DNA of 64,000 nucleotides from the human T2T-CHM13v2.0 reference genome, Homo sapiens. Numbering within the stretch: the stretch's first letter is position 1; each line of letters begins with the position of its first letter. Under the pieces are notes generated by a model. That model was not told the origin of the DNA, searched no databases, and saw nothing but the letters and a program-made list of their open reading frames with translations. The stretch spans positions 36,960,001 through 37,024,000 of the forward strand of contig CP068257.2 in NCBI GenBank assembly GCA_009914755.4. Direction: 5' to 3'. Positions 29,578 through 43,083 of this stretch are shown piece by piece. The position numbers and the translations under genes were made by a program.

Positions 29578-30093
29578 CCAGATAGATGATAGATAGATGA
29601 TAGAAAGATAGATAGATAATAGCTAGATAGATAAATGATAGATAGATAATAGATAAATAATAGATAGATAGATAGGAGATAGGTACGTAGGTAAATAGGT
29701 AGATGATTGATAGAAGTAGGTAGGTAGATAGGTAGGTAGGTACTAGATACATAGATGATTGATAAGTAGGTCATTAGACAGATGATTGATAGATGATAAA
29801 TGATAAATGATTGATAAATGATAGAGAGAGAGATGATAGCTAGGTAGATAAATGATTGATAGAAGATAGGTAGATAGGTAGATAGATAGATAAATGATTG
29901 ATGGAAGACAGGAAAGTAGGTAGGTAAGTAGACTGATGACTGATAGATAGTAGATAGGTAGATAGATGATACACAGAAGATAGGCAGATAGATAATTGAT
30001 AGAAGATAGGTAGGTAGATAGGTGACTGATAGATGATTAGATGTATAGATAGATGGTTGATAGAAAGATGATAGACAGATAGATAGATAAACT
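29578..30093. repeat. Long degenerate (GATA)n / (TAGG)n / (GATG)n compound tetranucleotide repeat, about 0.5 kb.
   Basis: Direct read: gatagatgatagatagatgatagaaagatagatagataatag...taggtaggtagataggtaggtagg... It explains the 'YLSIYLS' ORFs on the minus strand. Confidence 0.95.
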
Positions 30094-30124
30094 GATTCAT
30101 GACCAACTGATTCAACACCCCTAG

Positions 30125-32335
30125 GGCTCTGGCAGAAGCAAAAATAAAACTACTTTATAGAGACACTTTCATAGCTTACATTATAGAGAATTCACAAAGA
30201 AAGAACAATCCTCACTGAAGATAAGCTCACAAGAAAATTTTGTAAAGTACATGAAGAAAAAAACCAAAATAAGTAGATTTTAGTAGATGTAGTAGATACA
30301 AAAAGATTGAGGATTAGCACCCCAAACAGCATGGATAAAAGATCAAACAAAAGCATCTATAAAGTTAATTTAAAATGACTTTTTAAAAACAGAAATTTAA
30401 ACCATAATAAAAAGCAGCAGAGTATAAATCAATAACAGACAGAGCTGAAATAACTGAAGACAAATTCCAGAAATAAAAATTTAATAGACTATCTTAAAAT
30501 TAGTTATTCAAAAATGGTAAGAGAAATTACTGAACTACCTAGAAAGAAGGAAAAACAGAGATGTTAAGGAGTGTGGAGGCTAGCATGAGATGTCCAAGTG
30601 AACAGTGAAAATGAGGGATAAAAATTATTCAGAAGATATATTTGGAGATAAATAATAACCAGATTTTAGAGAAAGAAATGAGACTTCAGATTTTTTTTTA
30701 AAAAAGGAGTCCTGAGCAAAATAAACATAATTAAATCCACATCTAGTCATATCATGATAAAACATCAAAGACAAAGACAAAGTATTAAAAGTGACCAGAG
30801 AATAGAATAAAGATTATCTACAAAGGAAACAACCTGATGGATACAAGATTTCTCATCAGCAACAACAGACGCCAGAAGGGAATAAAATAATGCCTTCAAA
30901 GTGCTGCTGGAAAATAACTGGCAACCTAAAATTCTACGTCAGGCAAAACTAACATTCAAGAGTGAGTATAAATTGAAGAAATGTTGAGGGAAAGACCAAA
31001 AGATTTTACTACTTACAGACACTTAATTAAAGAGCTATTAGAGTATATCTTCAATAAGAAGAAAATTAAACCCAGAAAGGAAAAAAATGAAATTCAAAAT
31101 ACAAAGGTAAACAGGCTGGGCGTGGTGGCTCACGCCTGTAATCCCAGCGCCTCCTGAGGCAGTCGGATCATGAGGTCAGAAGATCGAGACCATCCTGGCC
31201 AACATGGTGAAACCCCGTCTCTACTAAAAATACAAAAAATTAGCCGGGCATGGTGGCGGGCACCTGTAGTCCCAGCTACTCCTGAGAGGCTGAGGCAGGA
31301 GAATGGCATGAACCCGGGAGGCTGAGCTTGCAGTGAGCCCAGATTGCGCTGCACCACTGCACTCCAGCCTGGGCGACAGAGCCAGACTCCGTCTCAAAAA
31401 AAAAATACAAAGGTAAACAAAGACAATTATGAGTGGATATATATGCATCTTAAATTCAATTTTAAAAGAAAATTATGAGTTGATAAATCAAGATAAGCAT
31501 TGATACAATTAAAGAGATAATAGTAATGATTAACTTTAGAAATCATTACTAAAACAAAGCAGAACTAAAGAACTAGGTAACAGTAACCTGAGAGCTGGAA
31601 GTAGGGGAGCAGAGTCAGAGGGCCTTGGATCGTTTGGAAAGTGGGTAGAAACAATGCTGATGTCAGACTTTGTTAGGTGAGGGATAATTAGACAATCGTA
31701 AGAAGAGTCTAACCAGACTAAAATTAGAGTGTATAACATTCCCAAAACAGGAGATTGGGATAGGCAGCATAAATAAATTTGATAAAGTCAGGAAAAATGA
31801 AAGTCACAAAATAAGTTGACAGTAACAACTACAAATATATTTTGTATATATTGTAATTTACACAATATATAAATTAATCTCACTTGTCAAAACATAAATA
31901 TTCTCAGCCTGGATGATTTTTAAAAATCCAGTTATACTCTGTTTATGAGAGATGTATCTAAACCATAAATAAACAGAAAAGTTTAACATACATTTACTGA
32001 AAAAGATATACCTGATATAACATACCAAAAAAGAAGTTCAGCTATCAACAAAAAGAAAGCTGGAATAGCCACTTTACTATCAGGACAAGTTAGACTTTAG
32101 GATAAAATTATTTATTAGGGATAAAGATGAGCAAAGCTTGGTAATAAGGAGCAATAATTCATCAAGAAGATATAAAACTCCAGAAGCTGTGGGCACCAAA
32201 CAACACAGCCTCAAAATACATATGCAAAAATCAACAGAATTATAAACAGAAATAGAAAATCCTTCATTATAGAGAGAGGTTGTCGCTCTCACCTAAACAG
32301 CTAGATTAAGTAGACAAGCAATTAGTACAATGATT
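30125..32335 (+). mobile_element. LINE-1 (old L1M-type) internal fragment: ORF1 C-terminal region, inter-ORF region and ORF2 N-terminal region. It is interrupted by the Alu at 31115-31402.
   Basis: 30780-31110 reads like L1 ORF1 C-terminus (...ttatctacaaaggaaacaacctgatggatacaagatttctcatcagcaacaacagacgccagaagggaataaaataatgccttcaaagtgctgctggaaaataactggcaacctaaaattctacgtcaggcaaaactaacattcaagagtgag...). 32020-32330 reads like the ORF2 N-terminus (...aaagaaagctggaatagccactttactatcaggacaagttagactttagg...ataaagatgagcaaagcttggtaataaggagcaataattcatcaagaagatataaaactccagaagctgtgggcaccaaacaacacagcctcaaaatacatatgcaaaaatcaacagaattataaac...). Frames are broken throughout. Confidence 0.7.
31115..31402 (+). 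mobile_element. Alu SINE, full-length and young-looking, nested inside the L1 fragment.
   Basis: ggctgggcgtggtggctcacgcctgtaatcccagc...gagccagactccgtctcaaaaaaaaaa. A perfect 16-17-bp TSD, aaatacaaaggtaaaca, lies at 31098-31113 and 31403-31419. Confidence 0.92.
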
Positions 32336-34282
32336 CTCAGAGGATGCTTTGTGAGACTTCACCTGTTGCCTGACATTTAGTGGCCAGGACCTAAAGCTGA
32401 GGGTTTGGAGGTGTCTGGGACCCCACATTCTGAATTGTCTGAAAGAAAAGTCAGACAATTTCTTTCACCCTCTATGCACCCCACATACAGGGGCACCAGA
32501 ACCAGTGGGGTGGGAGCAAAGGGGTGGGTACAAACAATGGAACAGACCTCACCCTCCAGATTCCCACAGCCCATCCCCCATGTCTTGGGAGGCGGTTTAG
32601 GGAGGAAGAAGGGTAGAATCACGTAAGATCTTCCATGGGTTTTAAAATTGCATATATTTATTGAAAGTATACAACAGGATGTTTTGAAATACTCATCTGG
32701 ATATACATAGACACAGCACAATGATTACTACACAGTGATACTACAGTCAAACAGATTAACATACCCATCATCTCCCATTGTCAGTGTCTTTCTTGGGGAC
32801 AAGGGGATGGTAAAAGAACCTACAATCCATGTAAGAGATTTTATTAGACCAGATCAGACTTTTAAGTGATTAAAGGAGACTGGAAAGCTCTTGAATCTAC
32901 TCCAGACAGTAACAAGGGATGTAAAAGAGAGATCTGTCCAAACGTGGATGAAGGCAAAGGGGAAGAAAATTTGCTGAATGCACCACTTATACAAAGATCT
33001 GAAAACACAACAATCCAGCTAGATCTAGCAGGCATTAAGGGAACCTGAACCAAACTGAAAATACATACTATTTTCACGCCCATGTGGAAGATTTCTAAAA
33101 ACGACATAGTAAATCCCAAAGAAAGTATCCACAAATTTCAAAGAATGAAGATCCACACAACACGCTCCCTCACCACAATAACTCGACACTGGAAAAAAAC
33201 AAAGGTATCTCAAAAAAAAAGACTTAAACTTAAAAAAATAAAAACAATTATGAGGCAATCAAAGAAAATTATGAAAGAACTAAACCACCACAAAAATCAG
33301 TACGTGAACTCAATCTACTTGTATTCATATGGATAATCTCAACAACATAACCTTGAATGAAAAAACCACTTGCAAAAGGATATGTATAGAATAACACCAT
33401 ATGTGCAAAATTATAAACACATTTATAGAATACACATGTGTGCAGGTGCACATGCATATGTGTGAAATCTGTGCTGTATACAGGCAAAGAGAAAGCAGAG
33501 TCACGTGAACAGGAAGAAAACACACCCATTTCTGGATACCAAATGGAAGAGGAAGAGACTGGGCAAGAAAAGGATCAAATGAATCATGCACTCTGTTTGT
33601 AAGCTGTGTTTCTTCAAAAAGACTCAGAAGACAATACAACCAAGCATTAGCGTGTGTTGAATTTGGTCAAAGGCGTTTTTCGTTTTATTATGACTGGACT
33701 TTTGTATATTTCAAATAAATAGAATTAAAGGAGAAAAGTTACTTAAATGCTCCAAGCCATTTTTAACACGGCTTCTGCTCCTCTGAGCACCTGGCTGGTG
33801 CCTTTAGAGTGGCGAGAGATGAGAGGCCACAAGGGAAGGATGGAGGGAGATTCAGGTTCACAGGTTCTTTGCAATTTAACATAGCAACGCTGCGATCACT
33901 ATTCAAACACACAGCAAGTAATGGATGGCACTTAATATGCACTTCGGTTTCTTCCACTGCCCTTGTGCAAAGTAAGGCTTCCCAGAAAACAATAAGAACT
34001 AAAATGTTTTCCTGAAACAATGCTAGATTCCTAAAAGCAATACCCAAGCTTGAGCCATAATGGGTTCAAGGGTGGTGGATGAAACACATCTTCAAGGTTA
34101 CTGTTAGTTCACTGCCATGCGGGCTTCTATGCAAACGGCAACATTCACCATCCAAGAAAGTAAAGAGCCCAGACTCAGTCTCCCTCTTCCACAGATCAAC
34201 TGGGCCCAAATCCATCCACTTCTCTGCATTCAGCTCTTTCATTAGTAAACCTGATACTAGTAGTCCACGTGCGCGCACGCGC

Positions 34283-34306
34283 GTGTGTGTGTGTGTGTGT
34301 GTGTGT
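34283..34306. repeat. (GT)12 microsatellite preceded by a short GC-rich (GCGCGCAC) run.
   Basis: Direct read: cacgtgcgcgcacgcgcgtgtgtgtgtgtgtgtgtgtgtgttt. Confidence 0.95.
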
Positions 34307-36383
34307 TTAGCAAGAGGGGCTTGAATTCCTCAAAGTCTCAATGAAAACTCAGTGTAGACTGAAGCAGGGGAGATTGAACTGCAATTGTACCAGTGCTTAA
34401 AGACAATGAATGTTTGATCTGAGCAATCATTCTGTGCTGTGGTGTGAGAAAGGAAACCTACGGAGTAATACCCCTCCTTCCTGTGACCACATGGGCTGGA
34501 CTGTGCATCTTGGCCACCTCTAATGCAATGCAACACCAACCCACGCTGTGTCTCTCTCTGTCCTTGGCGAGGTCCTACACACAATGCAAGGAACTGCTTC
34601 ACCGCACTGGCCAAGGACAACAAGAATAGGCTTGAGGGGAGATTGAAAAAGAGGAAGAAAGTGTTTCACACAGAGGAGAAAAGAAGTTTTAGATTAAAAG
34701 AGCCCTCATCACTTCCCATGTGCTCTCACCATAACTGCCTTGGAGGGAAGCAATCCCTGCTATCCACAAACCAGCAGGACTGGCAGAAGGTGGAACACAG
34801 AGGTAATCCCTTCCAGGGGCTCAGACCCAACACAAGGGCTTCACCCTTGGCTCACTTCTTCTCCTCGTGCCACGCATCCAAACCCTATGCAGAATAACAC
34901 GCATGCCCTCATCACCGCCCACCTCCCCACCTCCACTGCAACGTCCCTGGTCCAGGCCACTGTCACCCCTCAACTGGATTATTATGTTAGCTTCCCATGT
35001 TCCCTGCTTCAAACCTTGAAACTACTGTCCACAAGGCAACCAGCAAGATCTCCCGAAAACATCCATCAGATCACATCACTCCCGCTGCTCACAACCCGCC
35101 AATGCTGGGCTTCCCATCACACAGACCCACGGCCCTTAGGGAACCTGGCAGCACCCCTTCATCACGTGGCCCCTCTTTCTGTGACCTCATCTCCACTCCT
35201 CCCCTCTCTCCATCTGGCCGCCCTGACCTCCCTGCTGCTCCTCAAGCTCAGAAGGCAACTGGCAAGGCAACTGGCTGTTCCATGTGTCTGGAATGTTCTT
35301 CCCCAGATAGCTCCCGGCTCCCCCTTCGCCTCCCACAGGCCCTCACTCCAGTGTCAGTCTTTCCATGACTGTCACTCTATAAAATCCTAACCCCCAACAC
35401 TCTCCATTTGCTGCCTCTGCCTCATTTTTCTCTCCTTAGCATTTATTTCCACCACAGCAGGCCTTTGCTCATTTGTCTTATTGTCTGTCTGTCTCCTGCC
35501 TGAGGATGGGGACATTCATCTGTTTGGCTCCCCGCTGCATCCTCGGCACCCAGGACAGGGGTGGGCACGGAGTGGGCAGGCAATAGGTGTTTGTTAATGG
35601 AATTCTAAAAGTAAATGACAAAAGAGAAGGGAGGTGAAGGCAGATCTTTGTTTTCTGGTTTATAAACTTAGTGCTGGGCAGGAGGAAAAAAAGCGGGGGG
35701 TTCATGTGAAGCTCCTTTCCTGAGTCAACATGGTGATTTAAAATAAACTAAATTTAGTTGGAGACCTTTTAAATCATTTTTCTCAAGTCAGTTATATGTG
35801 CTCTAGCTCATAAATAGGAGGAAGAATGCGGGTGACATTCCCAAGACTGCAGCAAATGTCGGCCAAGTGAAAAACACACAGAATGTCCTGAAGATCCAGC
35901 GACGTCCTGAATGTGACGCGTTCCAGTTCACAAAAGAGGAGTCACAAAATGTTTACAAACCTTTACCATCCCATTGAAATGGACCTTCACATTTTCCTCA
36001 AAAATAGCTTTCTAAAACTGTTACTGGTTTACATTAATTTTACCTTTCTTCTTTTTTTCCCCTTTTTCTTTCTTATTTTAGAAATAAAGTAATAGGATTA
36101 GCTTTTTGATTAAAGCATATTAATAAAATTTTGACATTTTATTTGATTTCAAAACATGTTCCAGTTTCCATCATTATAGTGGGTCCTGTATGCCATGTTT
36201 ATGTTTTGAAAGGCTGAAATTATGTGTGATCAACAAATTTATTTTATATCAAGAGCATCTGTACATATTAAATCCTAAATGTGTCTTGAAAAATACCCCC
36301 TCACCTTTCTCTATCCTGCATTTTATCTGAAGCATTGTAAGTCTTCATGAAAAACAGAGGAAAAAATGAAACACAGTAACTAA

Positions 36384-36716
<333 letters not shown>

Positions 36717-38247
36717 CTTTCTTTGACATTTCTAAGCAGTAGATATTTGCAAACCATGTTAACGATCTGTAGATGTATATTACTAACAGGCGGGGCCCAT
36801 TGAAATCCTAACTCTTCTCCATTTGTTTGCTGATTCTTATCAGTTTAAATAAAATGTTCACTCTTAAACTACATTTTAAGCACCGCATAGGAAGAAGGTG
36901 TTCATCTGAGGAAGCAGTGAACGGACATCATAAACTTAGTCAAGACTGTTTAGTAAAATCACAAATAGACCAAGCAGTTTCACTGCTGTGAGTTTAAAAA
37001 AATAAATCACTGATCTTTAGTCAGACATAGTTTTCTGAACGAAAGTTAGCACACGCGGCCCCTTTCCAGTCTACAGTTGACATGTGTCTTCTAAGTGACT
37101 AGACTATGAAACCTCTAACACTCTCATCAGAGTTAATTCAGAGCTAGTCACTAAAGCACGCCCCCTGACCACATCGTAACTACTGTGAAAAGCAGTCCTT
37201 ATAGAAATCATGACGTTCTTTTCCTTTGTTTGCAGTAGGTTGTTCATCGTTTTCATGAGAACATAAGGGCCCTCTCCCAAATAGCTCAGTCCCCAAAATG
37301 CAGACATCAGCAAATGACAGCAGGTAACGCCTGCAGACTGGTGCTCGCCGCTCACTGTGAAGGCAAGCAGGCTTCTGCCTCAGTTTTTTCCCCCTTTCTC
37401 CTCTGATCCATTCCAATCAACACCACTGACAGTGGACAGACTGCTGTCCGGGTAAGAGTGAGGGGGACAGAGGGCCTGAAGTTGCTCCATTCGTCCTCAT
37501 CACGATGGGTAAAGAAGGGACTTCATGTCCATGTGCAGTTAGCTTCCAAAAGACAAGGAAATCTCCCACCTAGAAGGGGACCCCCCCAACACCAACCACA
37601 GGCTGGGCCCCCCCTCTTCAGCCGGCCCCTGCCCAGGTCCTGCTGACCAAGCCTCCTCAGGACACAAGGTCAGTTCAGGACTTCAGTGGCCTCATCCCTT
37701 GCATCCCACCTTCTGAGTTAAAGTCTTTCAGAAATACAGCACCATGGGCTTCTAGAGCTGCATGGAACCCTGGAGATCATCCCACTCCACTCGTTGAACA
37801 GTGGGGGAAGCCAAGGTTCAGCAAACGGGATTCTTCCCTCAGGCTTCATATGCAATGGAAGGGCACCAGCTAAAAGCTAAGCGCTTTGACTCAGAGCCAA
37901 AGACCAGGGACCTTTCTAGCACCTTCCTCCTACATATAACTTATATGTAGGAGAAACAGTTGTTTCCATGAGCCCATAGAAGAAATGTGATGTCAAAGTA
38001 TGGGAGAACGTTGGATAGCATTAATGTCTAGTCAATACACATTCTCCCCTTGTTCTTACAATGAATCCCAATGTTGTTCAGGGCCACAATATCTTCAGGT
38101 ACAAATTACATTCCCAGGCTTCCTTATAAGATGTGGCCATGAGAGGGAGTTGTGGCCTAGGAGATGTATGTAGACATCTACTCTGGGTTTCTGGGAAATC
38201 CTGCCCTGCTCTTCCTCTTAGGGACACCCTCCTACCTCTTCCATCCT

Positions 38248-38427
38248 TGGGACCACGCAGATGAAACCACCTGCAAAGTTGGCAGGCAGTGGCTAGAAGG
38301 CGACTGGGATGGATGAATGGCTTCCTTGAGCAGCCACCCTGGGACCATGCAGATGAAACTACCTGCAAAGGTGGCAGGCAGTGGCTAGAAGGGGACTGGG
38401 TTGGGGACGAACGGCTTCCTTGAGCCC
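38248..38427. repeat. Local tandem duplication of 2 x ~90 bp at roughly 90% identity, in non-transposon sequence.
   Basis: Copy 1: gggaccacgcagatgaaaccacctgcaaagttggcaggcagtggctagaaggcgactgggatggatgaatggcttccttgagcagccaccct. Copy 2: gggaccatgcagatgaaactacctgcaaaggtggcaggcagtggctagaaggggactgggttggggacgaacggcttccttgagccctg. Confidence 0.85.
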
Positions 38428-39693
38428 TGGACTGGTCCATGATTGCTCAAGTCCAGGTCTCTCCTTAGGCAAGACAAACACACATGTGGGGAGGAAGGCC
38501 AATTTATCTGATCGGTGAGTTGGGAAGAAAAGACACAGCATGGTCAGCGTGGCCTCAGCAGGGAGTCCCTCCTTTGGGGAAATATCCTGTCCCAAGGCCA
38601 AGGTATTATTCTGGTTGGCCATTGGATGAGATTCCTGGGACAGGCTCTCCCTCTGGGGGAAGCCCAAGATTGTCCGGCTCTACTCAGCACAAATGTGTAA
38701 GTGTGTATCAGAGGTGAAGTATCAGAAGTCTTAGGTATTTAATTATTATTAAGGCAAAGATTACATCACTGCCTGAGATACCCAAATCCCATCCCAAGCA
38801 ATTTCCTAACAACTGATCTCATAATAATAACAATCTTATTATGAAAAGGCCAGTGCAAATTGATTCTTAGAGACACTATTATTCAGTACAACAAGAATCA
38901 GAAAGTCACCATAAAACCATGGATGTCCAGTTAATTCCTCACCTTACTAAAGCAAATAAACTGCCTTTAGAATTAAACTGGCAATACCAGTGCTGCCCTC
39001 AAAACTCACTGCTGCCTCACCAATAGATAAAATGTCACATGAGATGATATAAAATAAATGGGGAGATGCGGAATTACCTCACTGAATAAAATGGTTATCT
39101 GAACAAAATGTCATGTGAACTGACTTGTCATGGAGCCTAAAATTTCTTGAGTCCCATTCCCTTAGGTGAAGGTGGGAAGGCATCTCAAAAAATGCAAGCA
39201 TGGGGCTTTGAAAAAGTCTTCGAGTAAAGGAGGCAGTAAAGCAAAAAGGGTAGAATCATGAGCTTTCTTCAGTTCAGAGTTAGTTCTGGTTCTGGCTCTG
39301 ACATGTACTAGTTTTGTGACCTTTTTCTAATTAGTAGACACCATCTCAGAGGTAGCTATAAAGATTTTGAGATGAAGTCTGTAAAGCATCTAGTATGTAG
39401 AAGCATAGAATAAATGATAGCTGACAATTATTAGAGTGATTATTATTTAGAGTGTCTGGCAGTGGTGTGCTGACAAAAGGGTTTTTGAAAAATCATTTGT
39501 TTGGGGAGGAAGCCCTGGTTTGTACTGACTGCCAATTTCCATGGTGTGAACACTTCCATTACAGTCAACTTCAAGCTACCAATGGGATGTCACTGAATGC
39601 AGAGTTGAGAAGAGATGCATACAGTCAGCTCTCAGGAGCTGCCAAGAGTCAGCAACAGCTTCTCTCTGGTTCAGGCACTGTAGTCACACCTAT

Positions 39694-40072
39694 TGACATG
39701 GTTTGGTTCTGTGTCCCCACCCAAATCTCATCTCAATTTGTAATCCCCACGTGTCAAGGGAGGGACCTGTAAACCCCACGTGTCAAGAAAGGGAGGTGAT
39801 TAGATCATGGGGGCAGTTCCCCCATGCTGTTCTCATGATAGTAAGTTCTCATGAGATCAGATGATTTTATATGTTTGACAGTTCCTCCTTCACACACTCT
39901 CCTCTCTCCTGCCGCCTTGTGAAGAAGGTGCCTGCTTCCCCTTCCACCATGATTGTAAGTTTCCTGAGGCCTCCCCAGCCATGCATAGCTGTGAGTCAAT
40001 TAAACCTCTTTCCTTTATAAATTACACAGTCTTGGGTATTTCTTTATAGGAGCATGAGAATGGACTAATATA
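39694..40072 (+). mobile_element. Solitary MaLR LTR, MST-type (MSTA/MSTB-like).
   Basis: tgacatggtttggttctgtgtccccacccaaatctcatctcaatttgtaatccccacgtgtcaagggagggacc...atcatgggggcagttcccccatgctgttctcatgatagtaagttctcatgagatcagatgattttat...cctgccgccttgtgaagaaggtgcctgcttccccttccaccatgattgtaagtttcctgaggcctccccagccatgc...gtgagtcaattaaacctctttcctttataaattacacagtcttgggtatttctttataggagcatgagaatggactaata. It contains an internal 25-bp duplication, ccccacgtgtcaag(g/a)gagggac. Confidence 0.8.
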
Positions 40073-40357
40073 CCCGTCTTGATCATTGGGATTCCTCTGT
40101 GTACGGCAAAGCACCTAGTGAATGAATGATTTATGAATGATGGGTTATTATTAACACACAAAGCTATTTTTGTCTCAATAATTTTGCATACCTTTGAACT
40201 GAGACTCAGAAAAAAATGTTTTCATGAATAAGAATAGATAAGAGGGACATTAGAGCATGGACTGTTGCTTATACTTGACCATGAACACCGAGACAGTGCC
40301 TTCCCAACACCTAGCACTATTCCAGGTATAAGATATATGGCCTGTAAATGACTTCTG

Positions 40358-40410
40358 GTTTGGACTGGACTGGACTGAACTGGACTGGACTGGATTGGAT
40401 TGGATTGGAC
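40358..40410. repeat. (TGGAC)n pentanucleotide repeat of about 10 units, degenerating to (TGGAT)n.
   Basis: Direct read: gtttggactggactggactgaactggactggactggattggattggattggac. Confidence 0.9.
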
Positions 40411-42499
40411 AAGGATGCAGAAAGAAACTGACCATAAGTCTGCTCAGAAAACATTCAACCTCTAAGAGGGAGGGAAGTCTACCCTCCCCCACCTCATTTT
40501 TATCCTAAGCACTGCCTGGAGGAAATGCCCTCCAAGTCCCATGGTGGAAACCATCTAAGATGCCCCTTCGTCCATGGGGCTTGCTCTTTATTTTAAATAC
40601 AGTTCAGTTTTGATTGCTGAAATTTTCTTGGAGCCAAGGGATTCCAACAATGCTACTACTCAGAACATCAAGAAATTCCCTGGAGATTCCCAAAGTAAAT
40701 AATGTGATATAACTCTTACCTACAATTAATCTATGCATGAAAATATATTGAGGGATATGACATCTTCTAAAATTACCTGCCTGAATTTCTAGCAGAGAGA
40801 CCTAGGGAGTTACATCATATGCTGCCTCTCCAAACCCAACCTCTGAATGACCTCCACGAAGGGATAACATAATAATGCGGCTGTGTCTTGGTAAATGTCA
40901 TTTATTCCCTCATGAATTTTGACAGAGATGACATCAAGTTTTTTCCAATTCTAAGATTTGATGGCACCATAAATATGACTTCAATTTTTAACAATTTAAT
41001 GAAAAAATCCTTCTGGAAAGAGCTGCTCATGGGGAAACACACCTCAGGCATGAGGCACATTTTCTTTTCCAGCCCTTCCTCCAACCATAACAGATCCAAA
41101 ATGGACTTCCAGGAGGATCCTGAAATGAGCCCATGTGTTCAGCCTCTCCCTTAACCACATGGAAAGGGCAGGCGGATGACCTGCCCAAGGTTGGGAATTC
41201 TTCACACACTAAAGTCCATCACTGACATTTAGGAGAACATTTTGTTTAATAAATGCAAAATGTTCTTTAAAATTATATCCATGCTTTCATTGTCAAGGGT
41301 CTTAATGGATGTGTTTAAAGCATAAATAAATATAGTAGGCATTCTGCTTGCTTAACCTTTCTTCCTCACCCCTTCATCTCTTCATATAACATTCACTGAA
41401 CATAAAACAGGACAAGTCCTGAACTCATTTCTATTCCAAGTACTAACTCAAGTCACTGGAAAGGTTTCTATTTCATTTAGATGGTACAGAGATGTCCTGC
41501 TGTTTCTGTACCATCCCCATCCCATTGTTGATATTTGATATGTCATGTTCATATCTGTTGTCTTTGTTTCCCAAAGGGTTTGTTTAGAGTCCACTGCTGA
41601 AGAAGAACTAAATGGAATCTGTCTCTGGGCAGGAAGGTAGGGAAGGCCTTTGTTTTCCCCCACAGTGGCACCGACCCAGACAACAGATGACAGAAGGAAG
41701 AGACCACAGGCAGGACAAGGCCAGCCTGGAGCAGCACCTGGCAGGACGAGGCTTAAAAGAATGAATAAGGGGTAGGCCCAAGCCCACACGTGTCATGGAG
41801 TACCATTTACAACTTTGCCCACTTGACAATGGGAATGGGGAGAGCAGAGCCTTCCAGACCATCAACAGTAGGATCAGAAAGTAGAAGAGTCTGGAAAAGC
41901 AAGACTAAGCCAGAATAATCTGGAAGAATGCAGCCCCAGTGAGAAGTTGACAGCCAAGCAAGGAGCAAGACCATCCTGTTAAGAGGCACTGAGTGGTGAA
42001 AACAGCCTTGTCATGAAACAGGGCAGATGATCATCTCGGAACGAACAGGTGCATTCAGGAAAGATAAAAATGAAAACAGGAAGATCAGGATCATTAACCG
42101 GTAAAACAATGCATGCCCCTAAAATAACAACTGACAAGGATAAAGTGGCACAGAGTGAGAATCACAAAGTAACGTGGAGCAGATTGACTCTAATAGACCT
42201 TTTCTGGCCCCAAAAGCAAAAGGTTTGGTTGGTGACATCTTAAGACACCTTAACTATAAGGTCCCTAAGTGGACAAGAGCAGGCAAGCTCTCTCATTTGG
42301 CGGGGAGGTTGGGGGGGAACAACTTTAAAACAGAACTTAACAAAATGGCTAATACTAACTCCTTGAGAATAGGATTCTTCTAGAGAAAGGCAATGGTTTG
42401 TAGGTAATGTAGCCATTCTGTCAATAGCATCAGCAACAGCACTGCCTCCTTTACAACACAGACCTCTCAGCATCACCCTCTGTGGGGCAGGAGACAGAG

Positions 42500-42712
42500 T
42501 GAGCAGAGGTTAGTCACATCCATGTGGGTTCTAGCTCCCCTCTACCACTCACTAGCAGTGTGACATTGCTCAAGTGACAACTTTGTGCCTCTGTTTCATC
42601 AACTATCAAATGAGAATAAAATTAGACTTACCCACCAGGGTTGCTAGGAAAACTAAGCGTTAAAGGGCAGAACCCAATCCTGAAAATTTAGCAAGTACTC
42701 AATAAGTCAAAG
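42500..42712 (+). mobile_element. MIR (ancient tRNA-derived SINE) fragment.
   Basis: Core-like ...cactagcagtgtgacattgctcaagtgacaactttgtgcctctgtttcatcaactatcaaatgagaataaaa...ttagcaagtactcaataagtc matches MIR '...ctagctgtgtgaccttgggcaagtcacttaacctctctgagcctcagtttcctcatctgtaaaatgggg...gcgctcaataaatg'. Confidence 0.6.
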
Positions 42713-43083
42713 TTAGTCCCTGGATAAGGACCTGAAACATGAAGTAGATGCAATTCAACCAGGGTCATGCAAAGCCGGGTTCAGTGGGAAGACCACTGAG
42801 TCTGTCAGACACCTCACATTAAGCCAACAGTCATTGTGACCTACCACCATCCACTTCCCTGACTTCTCCAAGATGGTGTCAATGACACACTCTACCTGTA
42901 GACCGACTTCCTTCCCCATGCTCCAGCCAGTCCAGATACTAAGCTGAATGTACTTCAGAGCTTCAGCTTCATAAGTCAATGGAGTCTAGAATTACAGCCC
43001 ACACACCTGGTATCCAGAGAGCCAGAGAAGAGCCTTGGGCACATATTTCTCCAAGACATGGGATGTGTTTCTCTGAGACATTT

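Noticed and set aside
29578-30093. Possibility that the regularly spaced direct repeats ((GATA)n, (TGGAC)n, the 32-bp and 37-bp tandems) represent a CRISPR array.
   Set aside because: The units are contiguous tandem repeats of 2-37 bp with no unique spacers of constant length and no leader. There are no cas genes; indeed there are no long ORFs at all. The context is eukaryotic. These are micro- and minisatellites.
29505-30118. Minus-strand ORFs with 'YLSIIYLSS…' periodic peptides; also the 14319-14531 'IHPSIHPS' ORF.
   Set aside because: Translations of the (GATA)n and (TCCA)n microsatellites.
32870-33640. A-rich segment resembling L1 or another old repeat (…aaaattatgaaagaactaaaccaccacaaaaatcag…).
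   Set aside because: I could not align it convincingly to any consensus from memory. It may be a continuation of the L1 at 30125-32335 or a different ancient element.
34740-35390. Longest ORF in the window (216 aa, + strand); the ORF track also shows overlapping 123-aa and 124-aa ORFs.
   Set aside because: The translation is Pro/Ser/Thr/Leu-rich low complexity (…PSRGSDPTQGLHPWLTSSPRATHPNPMQNN…). The DNA is a C-rich ancient interspersed-repeat-like segment ending in the typical ...ggcaataggtgtttgttaatggaat motif. There are no splice signals or codon periodicity, and I recognise no homolog. It is a chance open frame in C-rich sequence.
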